Source: a virus (lineage: Duplodnaviria > Caudoviricetes). Taken from it: 54,338 nucleotides of DNA. The stretch spans positions 1 to 54,338 of the IMG/VR virus record IMGVR_UViG_3300021062_000018, one strand, 5' to 3'. Below the pieces are notes generated by a model. That model was not told the DNA's origin. It searched no databases and worked only from the letters and a program-made list of their open reading frames with translations. Both the position numbers and the translations under genes were made by a program. Positions 19,444 to 27,497 of this stretch are shown piece by piece (the first letter of the stretch is position 1; the number at the start of each line of letters is the position of its first letter).

Positions 19444-20028
19444 ATGCCTGCGGTGGACCGCTTCAAGCTTCTGCACGGCCCCTACCGCCCGCCCAAGACG
19501 CGCCGGGACGCCAAGCTGTTCTGCGAGGTCCGCGGGACCGTCACGGTCGGCGGGTACCACGACGGCCCGATCCCGTGGCCGCGGGTGAAAAAGGGCGGCC
19601 GCCCGTGCTTGATCCTCTGCGGCGACCTGGTGCGGGCGGTGCGGTCGGAGTCCAGGCTGGCGGTCGCGCACCACTTCGGGGTCGCGGAGGAAACGGTCTG
19701 GACGTGGCGGAAGGCGCTGGGCCTGCCGCAGTACACGGAAGGGACGCGGAAGCTCCGCAGCCGCGTTGCCAAGGGTTGGGCCGACTCCCCCAACCTCAAC
19801 CACGGCAACCCGATCGAGCACACCGGCGAGCGGCGGGCGAAGGTCGCGGCCGCGTGGCGGCGGAAGGGCCACGGCCCCGCCGGCCCCGGCGCCCGGCTCT
19901 GGGCGGCCGAGGAGGATGCGCTGCTGGGGACGATGCCGGCGAAGGCGCTGGCGGCCCGGCTCGGCCGCACGGTCCAAGCGGTACACGTCCGGCGGTCCAA
20001 GCTCGGCATCCCGCCGTACCGCGGCTGA
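19444..20028 (+). CDS. Basic HTH-repeat protein
   Basis: Two HTH-like segments, AVAHHFGVAEETVWTWRKALG and WAAEEDALLG...LGRT..AV..RR.KLGI. Confidence 0.7.
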   Translation: MPAVDRFKLLHGPYRPPKTRRDAKLFCEVRGTVTVGGYHDGPIPWPRVKKGGRPCLILCGDLVRAVRSESRLAVAHHFGVAEETVWTWRKALGLPQYTEGTRKLRSRVAKGWADSPNLNHGNPIEHTGERRAKVAAAWRRKGHGPAGPGARLWAAEEDALLGTMPAKALAARLGRTVQAVHVRRSKLGIPPYRG

Positions 20029-20031
20029 CCG

Positions 20032-20319
20032 TTACTCCCACAGTTCCACCCCCACCATCCGGGCCAGCTCCACGCCCACCATCCGCGCCAGCTCCACCGC
20101 GCACGCCCGCTCCGCCGCCTCGAGCCCGTCCGCCTCTATGACCACCTTCGCCACCCACTGAGCCCCTGACGGCAGCTCGACGGCCTGGCACTCGACGGAC
20201 GCCGGGACGGTGCCGCGGAGGCTGGCGCCGAGCCGGAAGTACGCGACCCGGTAGCCGAGCGACCGGAGGTGGCGGAGGACCGCGCGGGCGGTGTAGTCGT
20301 CGGGCTCCGTCGCGCTCAC
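20032..20319 (-). CDS. Hypothetical protein with a VELARMVG tandem duplication
   Basis: GTGA coupling with the upstream gene; imperfect 24-nt tandem repeat at 20041-20097. Confidence 0.55.
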   Translation of the reverse strand: MSATEPDDYTARAVLRHLRSLGYRVAYFRLGASLRGTVPASVECQAVELPSGAQWVAKVVIEADGLEAAERACAVELARMVGVELARMVGVELWE

Positions 20320-20543
20320 CTACCCATCTCCGCCAGCCGCTGCTCCGCCAGTGCCTTCGCCTCCGCCTCGGTCGGTCGCATCTCGTGCACGCCGACGATC
20401 TGCCCGCCCCGCCTGAGCGTGCTCCGCCAGTGCGGGGCGTTCGGCATGATCTGCAGGACCTCGGCCTCGACGTCGCCGGCGGTGCCGATCCAGCGGGCGG
20501 TCCAGTTCGGGCGTTCCGGGTGGTGCGTCCAGTCGAAGGGCAT
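20316..20543 (-). CDS. Hypothetical protein (probably leaderless)
   Basis: GC3 bias; TACACT 8 nt upstream of the ATG. Confidence 0.55.
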   Translation of the reverse strand: MPFDWTHHPERPNWTARWIGTAGDVEAEVLQIMPNAPHWRSTLRRGGQIVGVHEMRPTEAEAKALAEQRLAEMGR

Positions 20544-20861
20544 GGGGCGGGAGTGTATCGGGCGGCGCGTTGCCGTCACGCCCGCGGTCGGTCGTGCGGG
20601 TGGGGGTCTAGGGGCCTGTTAATGTTTGTGCGGGGCTGCAGGGGTGAGGCACCGCTCATTCTGCACCACTCGTGCACCCACGGTGGATAACTTCGGGCCT
20701 TCAGCGGCCGCTGAACGATGCCACGGTGGAGACGCCGGAATTCGTTTTGAGTTCGGCCGATGTTCGGTGTAGTGTTCGGATGTCCGGCCGCCACAGAGGG
20801 CGACCGGGTCACGCCCAGGGATAGGGCTCCCCGCACAACCCGCGTCACGAAAGGACCGCCC

Positions 20862-21311
20862 ATGCGTTCCCCGCTCTCGGTGCGCCCGTCAGTCCCCGCA
20901 AAGCCCTGCTGCCCGTCCTGCCGGCGCCCGCTCGGCGGCCGGCCCCGGCTCGCCCGCCCCGTCCCCGTGCTCACGCTCGAGCAGCTCCGCGACGTCGCCG
21001 CCGGCAGCGGCCGCGTCGTCGAGACCGGGGCGGCCGTCGTCGACGTCGGCGACAACCACCAGGTCCGGGCGACGGTGACCATCGCCGTGCGGTTCGGCCC
21101 CGAGGTCGAGCGGTTCGTCGGCGAGGCGGTGCTCGACGAGGACTTCCAGCGGACGGACGTCTGGCACGACGACCCGGTCGGCGCGCTGTGCGGTGTCGCC
21201 GAGGCCCGGGCGATCCGGGCGGCGTTCCCCGGCCGGCTGCGGGGGACGGTGACCGTGTGGGAGGTCGGGGAGGCCGAGCCAGTCGCGTCGCGCGGCGGGA
21301 GGGCGGCGTGA
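20862..21311 (+). CDS. Truncated RecT/Bet-like paralogue 1
   Basis: LTLEQLRDVAAGSG...GEAVLDE...WHDDPVGALCGVAEARAIRAAFP; AAGGA RBS. Confidence 0.7.
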   Translation: MRSPLSVRPSVPAKPCCPSCRRPLGGRPRLARPVPVLTLEQLRDVAAGSGRVVETGAAVVDVGDNHQVRATVTIAVRFGPEVERFVGEAVLDEDFQRTDVWHDDPVGALCGVAEARAIRAAFPGRLRGTVTVWEVGEAEPVASRGGRAA

Positions 21312-21667
21312 GCGCCGTCGCGCTGCTCCGGGAGCTGCGGGCGGTCGTGCCGCCGGAGTGGCGGGAGCGGATCGACGCCGCGCTGCCGCCGCCGCGGAGC
21401 TTCGCCGCGTTCGCCGCTACGCACCCGGTCGACTGGCGGCTCAACAACTGCGACCTCGGCCGCTGCTTCGGCGTCGGCCGGATGGTCGTCGGGGCCGCCC
21501 GCCGGTCCCTTCGGGCGCCGGCCCCGACGTGGCCGCAGCGGCGGACGAAGGCGGCCGAGCGGCTCGAGGCGATCGACCGCCAGCGGGTGCTGGCGATGTT
21601 CTGGAAGACCGAACGGAAGCCAACAGGGAGAAGTGATGCTGCGTCCCTACCGAGTCGTGACGATTGA
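21308..21667 (+). CDS. Hypothetical, possible HTH protein
   Basis: GTGA coupling; segment NNCDLGRCFGVGRMVVGAARR. Confidence 0.55.
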   Translation: MSAVALLRELRAVVPPEWRERIDAALPPPRSFAAFAATHPVDWRLNNCDLGRCFGVGRMVVGAARRSLRAPAPTWPQRRTKAAERLEAIDRQRVLAMFWKTERKPTGRSDAASLPSRDD

Positions 21668-22067
21668 GAAGCTCCGCGAGATGGCCCGCGCCCGCGGCGA
21701 CACGTTCAAGCTGTTCCCGCTGAAGTACACCGCGGACGGCCTGCAGCCCGGGAAGGTGCGGGCCTCCATGCGCATCGAGCGGACGAAGCCGAACGGCCAC
21801 ACGTTCTTCTGCTACGGGTCGGCATGGCTCGACGAGAGCCGCGCGGACACCGCGCTGTGGCGGGACGACCCGCTAGCGGCGATGGCCGAGTGCGCCGAGG
21901 CCGACGCGTACCGGATGGCCTGTCCGGACTTCCTCGCGGCGATCTACAGCCAGAACGAGCCGGCCGAGGATTTCGAACGGATGGAGGAGGCGTGGGCGCT
22001 GCAGTTCGGCGTGCTGGCCGTGATCGACAGGCCGGCCGACCGCCCGACGCCGAAGTACCTGAACTGA
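21633..22067 (+). CDS. Truncated RecT/Bet-like paralogue 2
   Basis: VTIEKLREMARARG...GSAWLDE...WRDDPLAAMAECAEADAYRMACPDFLAAIYSQNE. Confidence 0.72.
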   Translation: MMLRPYRVVTIEKLREMARARGDTFKLFPLKYTADGLQPGKVRASMRIERTKPNGHTFFCYGSAWLDESRADTALWRDDPLAAMAECAEADAYRMACPDFLAAIYSQNEPAEDFERMEEAWALQFGVLAVIDRPADRPTPKYLN

Positions 22068-22071
22068 CGCC

Positions 22072-22476
22072 GTGCCGGACACCGCCCCCGTCACCCTGGC
22101 GACGCTCCGCGCCCTCGCCGAGGCGACCGGCGAGTTCGCCGGCGTCACGTTCTTCGAGGTCGACCCGGACGACTGGCCGGCCGGTGCGGTGTACCGGGAG
22201 GTCGCCGTCGCGTGGCGGCGGGCCGGCGCCCACGGCCGGGCCGTCGCGTTCCCCGGGACCGCGGCGGACGACGAGCTGCCGTGGACCGCGGGCGTCATGG
22301 ACGGCCACCGCCTGCTGAAGGAGTGGGCTGAGGCCCGGGCCCTCCGGAAAGCGTTCCCGGAGTGCCGGGGCCCGCTGCTCGAGGGCGAGCCGGAGCGGGT
22401 CGTTCGGGCGTGCCCGCCCGGGCCGATGCCGGTGCGCCGCCGGCGCGGCGTGTTCGTGGATCCGAACGAGCTGTAA
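22072..22476 (+). CDS. Truncated RecT/Bet-like paralogue 3
   Basis: VTLATLRALAEATGEFAG...RLLKEWAEARALRKAFPE. Confidence 0.72.
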   Translation: MPDTAPVTLATLRALAEATGEFAGVTFFEVDPDDWPAGAVYREVAVAWRRAGAHGRAVAFPGTAADDELPWTAGVMDGHRLLKEWAEARALRKAFPECRGPLLEGEPERVVRACPPGPMPVRRRRGVFVDPNEL

Positions 22477-22488
22477 CCAGGAGAGAGA

Positions 22489-23466
22489 ATGTCCGCACCC
22501 ATCTTCGCATCGGTCGACGGCGCCCCGCTGCCCCTGCTCCCGCGTAACGCGCTCGGCGTGGAGCGGAAGCCGGACGGCGCGTCGGTCCTGTCCCTCGAGC
22601 AGGCCGCAGAGCGGTTCAAGCTGCCCGGCGACGTCCTTCGGAAGCTGTACCTGGCCAATCTGACCGAGCACGCCGAGGCCGGCGGCCGGCCGCTGAGCGA
22701 CGACCCCGACGAGGCCGAGCGGCTGCGGGAGCTGCACCGCAAGGCGTACCCGCAGCTGAAGCCGGTGGAGTTCGCCGGGCTCGTCGACTTCGCGCGGCGG
22801 CTCGGGCTCGACCCGTTCAAGAAGCACGTCTACCCGCAGATCCGGACCGTCAACGGGCGGGTCGGGTACGAGTGGCGGCTCCGGCTGAGCGGCATGAAGG
22901 TCGTGGTCCGGGCGACCGGCGACCACATCGAGGTCTGCGGCCCGCTCTACACCTACACGGAGGAGCGGTACCCGCTGCGGTGCACGATGACCGGCACCCG
23001 GACGAGCCGGTCGGGGCAGAAGTACACGCTGACGGTCAGCGCGGCGTGGGCCGAGCACGCGCGGCCGACCGAGTGGTACGACCGCTCGCCGGAGACGATG
23101 CTGGCCAAGTGCTGCGAGGCGAAGCTGCTCCGCGGGCTGTTCCCTGACGAGCTCGGCGACGTCTACGCGGAGGAGGAGGGGGCGACGCTCGACCTGCCGA
23201 CGGGCGGGGCGCTGCCGCCGGCGCAGGACACCGACCCGCAGCGGCGGAGGCCGTGGCCGAAGACCTCGATGGAGTTCCACCAGGCCCTGCACGACTGCCA
23301 ATTGAGGGAGGCGCCGAAGCGGAAGGCGCTGATCGTGCAGTTTCGCCAGGACCTCGGCGACCGGCTCGGCGACGAGGAGTTCTACCGGGCGGTGCTGGAG
23401 CGTGTGTACGCGGACCCGGCGAGGTACGGGGCGCGGCTGCCGGAGGCGGAGGCGGAGGCGGGGTGA
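22489..23466 (+). CDS. RecT/Bet family single-strand annealing protein (full length)
   Basis: RLGLDPFKKHVY and WYDRSPETMLAKCCEAKLLRGLFPDELGDVYAEEE. Confidence 0.82.
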   Translation: MSAPIFASVDGAPLPLLPRNALGVERKPDGASVLSLEQAAERFKLPGDVLRKLYLANLTEHAEAGGRPLSDDPDEAERLRELHRKAYPQLKPVEFAGLVDFARRLGLDPFKKHVYPQIRTVNGRVGYEWRLRLSGMKVVVRATGDHIEVCGPLYTYTEERYPLRCTMTGTRTSRSGQKYTLTVSAAWAEHARPTEWYDRSPETMLAKCCEAKLLRGLFPDELGDVYAEEEGATLDLPTGGALPPAQDTDPQRRRPWPKTSMEFHQALHDCQLREAPKRKALIVQFRQDLGDRLGDEEFYRAVLERVYADPARYGARLPEAEAEAG

Positions 23467-23568
23467 GGGGCGAGCAACTTTCAGTACCCGGGCACTCGCG
23501 GTGAATCCGGCAATGCTCCTAATTGCGGAACTGCAATACCGGTATTCATACCGTAAGCGGTAATCGAC

Positions 23569-24288
23569 TTAGGTCAACCCATAGCAGATTTTGCGGCACC
23601 CGGGTGTCATGGTGTTAGTAATGATGTGGCGATCCTCGGCGGTGAACTTGTGGAAGTGGTCCTTGTGAAAGATCGCGAGCACGAAGTTGGTTGCCTCCGC
23701 GCATTTCTCGACGGCGAGCGTGTGGAGTTCAAAGGTCGACCTGTCGTACCGTACTTCCGCCACAGCCCGACGGGTTTCGAGATCCGTTACCCGTCGCCCG
23801 TGCACGCCGGCGGAGAGCTCGTCGTACAGCGTCCGTAGCCGGTGCACCGCATCAAACTTTTTCTCTGCCTCGGCGATCAGCGGGTGCTCACCCGCGTACT
23901 CGAGCAGCTCGTCGACGCCGACGTACCACTTCCCGCGATCGTTCATACGCCGGAACTCGATGGGGTGGTCGGCGAAGTAAACGTGCCTCAGCACGTTCTC
24001 GACCACGCCGCGGATCAGCAGCTTCGTCGTCTTCCCGAAGCCGATCATCGCCTGTGGCAATACCTGAAGGGAGTCGGACGCGATTTCCTCGACGAACCAT
24101 TTGGCGTGCTCTGGCATCTTCGGGAGCCGGAACCGCCACAGGATCAAGCTATATGTCGCCCGGTGCATCCGCTTGGCGATTCCCGCGTCGTCGGCGGGGA
24201 ATCGCTCGGGCACGATCCCTCGCTCCGCCAGGTGCGTCATCACCCCCTGGAAGTCAGCGGCGACCGTTGGGATAGCACGCTTGGACAT
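23569..24288 (-). CDS. HEPN-like protein
   Basis: All-helical; LIRGVVENVLR and LYDELSAGVHG match the R..(L/V)E ... Y..LS..VH pattern; TGATG coupling. Confidence 0.6.
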   Translation of the reverse strand: MSKRAIPTVAADFQGVMTHLAERGIVPERFPADDAGIAKRMHRATYSLILWRFRLPKMPEHAKWFVEEIASDSLQVLPQAMIGFGKTTKLLIRGVVENVLRHVYFADHPIEFRRMNDRGKWYVGVDELLEYAGEHPLIAEAEKKFDAVHRLRTLYDELSAGVHGRRVTDLETRRAVAEVRYDRSTFELHTLAVEKCAEATNFVLAIFHKDHFHKFTAEDRHIITNTMTPGCRKICYGLT

Positions 24289-24824
24289 CAGAGCTTCGTT
24301 CCCTTGATGATCCGCTCCCACCTAGAGAAGAAGTCGCGCCGGTCTGCCGCCCGATTCGTGTCGCGCGACATGGCTTCCCTCATCGACCGCTCGAACGCGT
24401 CCCGGGTGCCCGGGTCCAGCGTTTCCAAGTATTCGATGATCCGCGCGGCGATGTCACCGCGCGACATCTTCCGGAACCGCGTGCGGCTCATGTTCGGCAG
24501 GATGCTGGCCGCGAAGGTGATCAGATCTGGATTGGACGGGAACAGCCGCTTCTGCCGCAGCAGGTCGAAGAGGTGCATCGACTCGCCGGATCCAGGCTTC
24601 CGGCCGGACTTGCCCCGAGGAGGCTCGGGCGAGAGTGGTTCCGCCTCGGACTCGGCGGCCTGCGCCAGCCGCAGGTAGGCGTCGATGACCGGGATCAGTG
24701 GAGGGGCCGAGACGAACGCGGTTTCGCGGAACCGCTCCAGGTCCTCTTTGGAATAGGACGCTGGCACGCCCAGTGCCTTTTGGGCGAACGCCAGAAACGC
24801 ATGATGTCGCCGGTTCTCCGCCAA
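24288..24824 (-). CDS. Hypothetical helical protein (second gene of the ParA operon; fused to ParA in this assembly)
   Basis: TTG start with GGAG RBS just after an out-of-frame TAG that looks like the native ParA stop. Confidence 0.6.
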   Translation of the reverse strand: MAENRRHHAFLAFAQKALGVPASYSKEDLERFRETAFVSAPPLIPVIDAYLRLAQAAESEAEPLSPEPPRGKSGRKPGSGESMHLFDLLRQKRLFPSNPDLITFAASILPNMSRTRFRKMSRGDIAARIIEYLETLDPGTRDAFERSMREAMSRDTNRAADRRDFFSRWERIIKGTKL

Positions 24825-24826
24825 CG

Positions 24827-25691
24827 CTACGCTCCGCCCGTCCGGGTCCAAAACTCTTCCACTATCGACTGCATCTCCTTCGCCACTCGACCATGGCTTG
24901 TACTTAAAGATGGGCTGGTGGTGCTCAACCGACTCCGCGACGTGCGTCGAGACGGAGAGGTGGCTCTGGAACATCTCCTCGCCGTGGTTCGCCCGCAGGG
25001 TGTCCATCACCTCGTTCATGCGCGGCACGTTCGCGCGGACGAGCGTGAACACCATTCCGATCTTCTCCAGGCGAATCCCGTACCGCTCCATGCAGTCGTC
25101 CAGCCACCGCTCGAGCAGCGGCAGCCCGACGATCGACAGAGGGTCCGGCTTGATCGGGACGATGTACTTCTGGCTGGCGAGTACGGCCGCCTGGGAGAAG
25201 AGGCTGACGGTCGGCGGGCAGTCGATGATGACGTAGTCGTACCCCCTCGCCCGCTCGTTGATGAAGTTGTTGAGCATGCGCTCCGTGCCGCGCGGCGCGG
25301 CCTCGGAGTCGATCAGCTTCAGCGTGGACGGGATGATGTCGAGCCGCCCGCCCGGCCCCTTGCCCGACGTTCCGGCGTAGATCGGGATGGTGAAGGCCGG
25401 CAGCGACATCCGGCTGCGGTTCACCGGCTTGGCGAAGCCGGTGACGGTGTTTATGGATCCGTCCCGGCGCGGAATCAGGACGTCGAGGAGACTGCCTTTG
25501 CTGCGGTCGCCCATGTGCGCGATGTAGGCGTCGTCTTCTACGAGATACTGGGTCGCGTTGAACTGCGGGTCCGCATCCACCAGTAGCACCTGCTTGTGGT
25601 GGAAGTGGGCGAGGCCATAGGCGACGTTGACGGCCAACGTCGTCTTGGCTACCCCGCCCTTCATGTTGATGAACGAAATCACCTGCCCCAT
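24827..25691 (-). CDS. ParA/Soj-family ATPase with a frameshift near 24887
   Basis: Motifs NMKGGVAKTT, VDADPQFNAT and IIDCPP; the typical terminal helix VAKEMQSIVEEFW lies in a shifted frame. Confidence 0.88.
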
Positions 25692-25746
25692 GCTCGCCTC
25701 CCGACGTACCACCGCCTGACTCACGCCGTCCTCCGCCCCTCACCGC

Positions 25747-25977
25747 CTACTTCGGCGGGTCCTTCACCCGCCCGGTCGCCCGCTCGAGGATCAGCCGGGC
25801 GAGGTTCCCGATGTGCATCGCGCGCTGCTCAGCGATCTGCAGAACATTCCCCTTGAACGGGTACCCGGTCCGGTCGGCCACCCGCTGGGCGACGCGGATC
25901 GCCGTCGCCAGCGCGTCGGCCGTGTCCGGCTCGGTGTCCGGCGGGACCGTCGACTGCTTCGGTTGCTGCTCTGCCAC
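25747..25977 (-). CDS. Small hypothetical protein in the repressor operon
   Basis: AGGAGG RBS and GC3 bias. Confidence 0.6.
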   Translation of the reverse strand: MAEQQPKQSTVPPDTEPDTADALATAIRVAQRVADRTGYPFKGNVLQIAEQRAMHIGNLARLILERATGRVKDPPK

Positions 25978-26003
25978 CGGGTCCTCCTGTGCGTGTTGAT
26001 GCC

Positions 26004-26429
26004 TCAGCCGGTCTGCCGCTTCTTCCTCCCCGCGGGCGGAATCTGCCCCTCGGCCGTCGGCGGGGGCGGCGCTGTCGCGTCCCGCTCCCGCTTCCCCTCC
26101 CGCCCCTGACGCTCCCGGCGCGCGGCGTCGGTCAGCTGCTGGGCCGCGGGCGAGGGGTTGGGGCCGACGAGGGTCTGACCCGGTGGGACGGATGCGGCAC
26201 GTTCGGCCTCGCGTTCCATGTATGCGCGAGCGGCGTCTACGCTGAGCCCTTCCAAAAGCCCGAGGACCGAACGCTGGTACAGATCGTCCTGCGCAGCGAA
26301 CCAGTCCATCAGCTTGCCGAAAACGACGTAGTCCTTCATACCGTAGCGGTCTGCCACGGCTTTAATTTTCTCCGCGGCATCCGCCGTGGTGGCCGCTTTG
26401 ATGACTGCGCGCTTCTGCGTCACAGGCAT
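26004..26429 (-). CDS. Putative immunity repressor, ribbon-helix-helix-like
   Basis: Strand-helix-helix pattern (RAVIKAA / AEKIKAVADRYG / DYVVFGKLMDWF); divergent from the early operon; start codon uncertain. Confidence 0.55.
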   Translation of the reverse strand: MPVTQKRAVIKAATTADAAEKIKAVADRYGMKDYVVFGKLMDWFAAQDDLYQRSVLGLLEGLSVDAARAYMEREAERAASVPPGQTLVGPNPSPAAQQLTDAARRERQGREGKRERDATAPPPPTAEGQIPPAGRKKRQTG

Positions 26430-26442
26430 GAGCATCCCCGTT

Positions 26443-26529
26443 ACTTCTGTTAACTGAAAGCCCAATTGGAGTGCCATTCTTTTCCTTCCTGAGACTTCTG
26501 TTGACTTTTGTCACGACCGGCGGAATACT
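26443..26529. promoter_or_regulatory. Divergent promoter/operator region
   Basis: AT-rich; TTGACT (26501) - 17 nt - AATACT (26524); direct repeat ACTTCTGTT(A/G)ACT at 26443 and 26494; palindrome TGACttttGTCA 26502-26513. Confidence 0.65.
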
Positions 26530-26554
26530 TGGTCCGCCCCATCAGGAGTCACCA

Positions 26555-26752
26555 GTGCCCGACGAGAAGACCAAGACCCCCAGCGACATCGTCCGCTTGA
26601 AGGCGGGGACGCGGCCCAAGCTTGAGCAGATCGCCCGCACCCAACGGTGGAAGCTGAACGAGACCATCGACGCCCTCGCGGACGACTTTCTCGCCCGGCT
26701 GGGCGCTCCCGAGCAGCATCAGAGCGCGCAGGCCGCCACCTCCGCAGCGTGA
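26555..26752 (+). CDS. Cro/Arc-like ribbon-helix-helix regulator
   Basis: 65 aa, AGGAG RBS; IVRL strand followed by two helices; first gene of the rightward operon. Confidence 0.6.
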   Translation: MPDEKTKTPSDIVRLKAGTRPKLEQIARTQRWKLNETIDALADDFLARLGAPEQHQSAQAATSAA

Positions 26753-26839
26753 CCCGCACCTCCGTTCCTCCCGGGCCGGTCGCGCCACGCCCGCTCCCGC
26801 CCATCATTGCCGCCCGTCGTCCCAAGGTTCCGGAATCCA

Positions 26840-27337
26840 ATGCCGAAGTTCACGAACAACCCGAAGCTGTCCGACGCCCTGCGGGCCGTCCGCGAGCGGC
26901 ACGGGATCAAGGTCGAGACGCTGGCGGCCGGGTTCCTCTGCTCCGACTCGACGGTCTACGACGTGCTCGGCGAGAAGCGCGCCTGGGACGAGCTGTTCGC
27001 CGACCTCCGCCACGCGCTGGGCACGCTGCCGGCGCCGGCGGCCGACGCGGTGCTCGGCGTGCTGCTGGCCGGCACGGGGTACCCGGTGCCGCCGCGGGGC
27101 GACGCGGTCCGGGACTTCAACGGCGACGGGGTCGAGGACAAGGCGGACATCCGCCGCGGGCTCGCGCAGGTCGCCGGCACGACGGCCCAGCTGCAGGAGG
27201 CGTGCGAGGAGACCGGCCGGCTGCTCACGCCCGAGGAGGCGGCGGCGCAGCTGGCGGCGATCGACGAGCAGCGGCGGAAGCTCGACGGGGTGCGGGAGCT
27301 CGTCGTGCGGCTGACGTACCCGAAGGCGGCGGGGTGA
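26840..27337 (+). CDS. CII-like regulator (N-terminal HTH)
   Basis: Follows the cro-like gene; HTH-like segment IKVETLAAGFLCSDSTVYDVL; helical C-terminus. Confidence 0.5.
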   Translation: MPKFTNNPKLSDALRAVRERHGIKVETLAAGFLCSDSTVYDVLGEKRAWDELFADLRHALGTLPAPAADAVLGVLLAGTGYPVPPRGDAVRDFNGDGVEDKADIRRGLAQVAGTTAQLQEACEETGRLLTPEEAAAQLAAIDEQRRKLDGVRELVVRLTYPKAAG

Positions 27338-27497
27338 CGGAACAACGCCGCCCGGCGCGGGCGGCACCGGGCGGCTTGCGGGATTGGAGCGGCGTGCGGG
27401 CCGCGTTGAGAGGCACGTCTTGTACCTGCCCCCTCTCCGCGGCGTCAACAGTAATCACAGTCAGCCGGCGACGCCGGCCACACGGAAAGGGATGCAC

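Noticed and set aside
24827-25691. ParA as evidence of a plasmid-prophage partition system
   Set aside because: No ParB or parS is visible, the phage has int/xis/attP, and the gene sits in a lower-GC operon with a HEPN-like gene. Not fully excluded.
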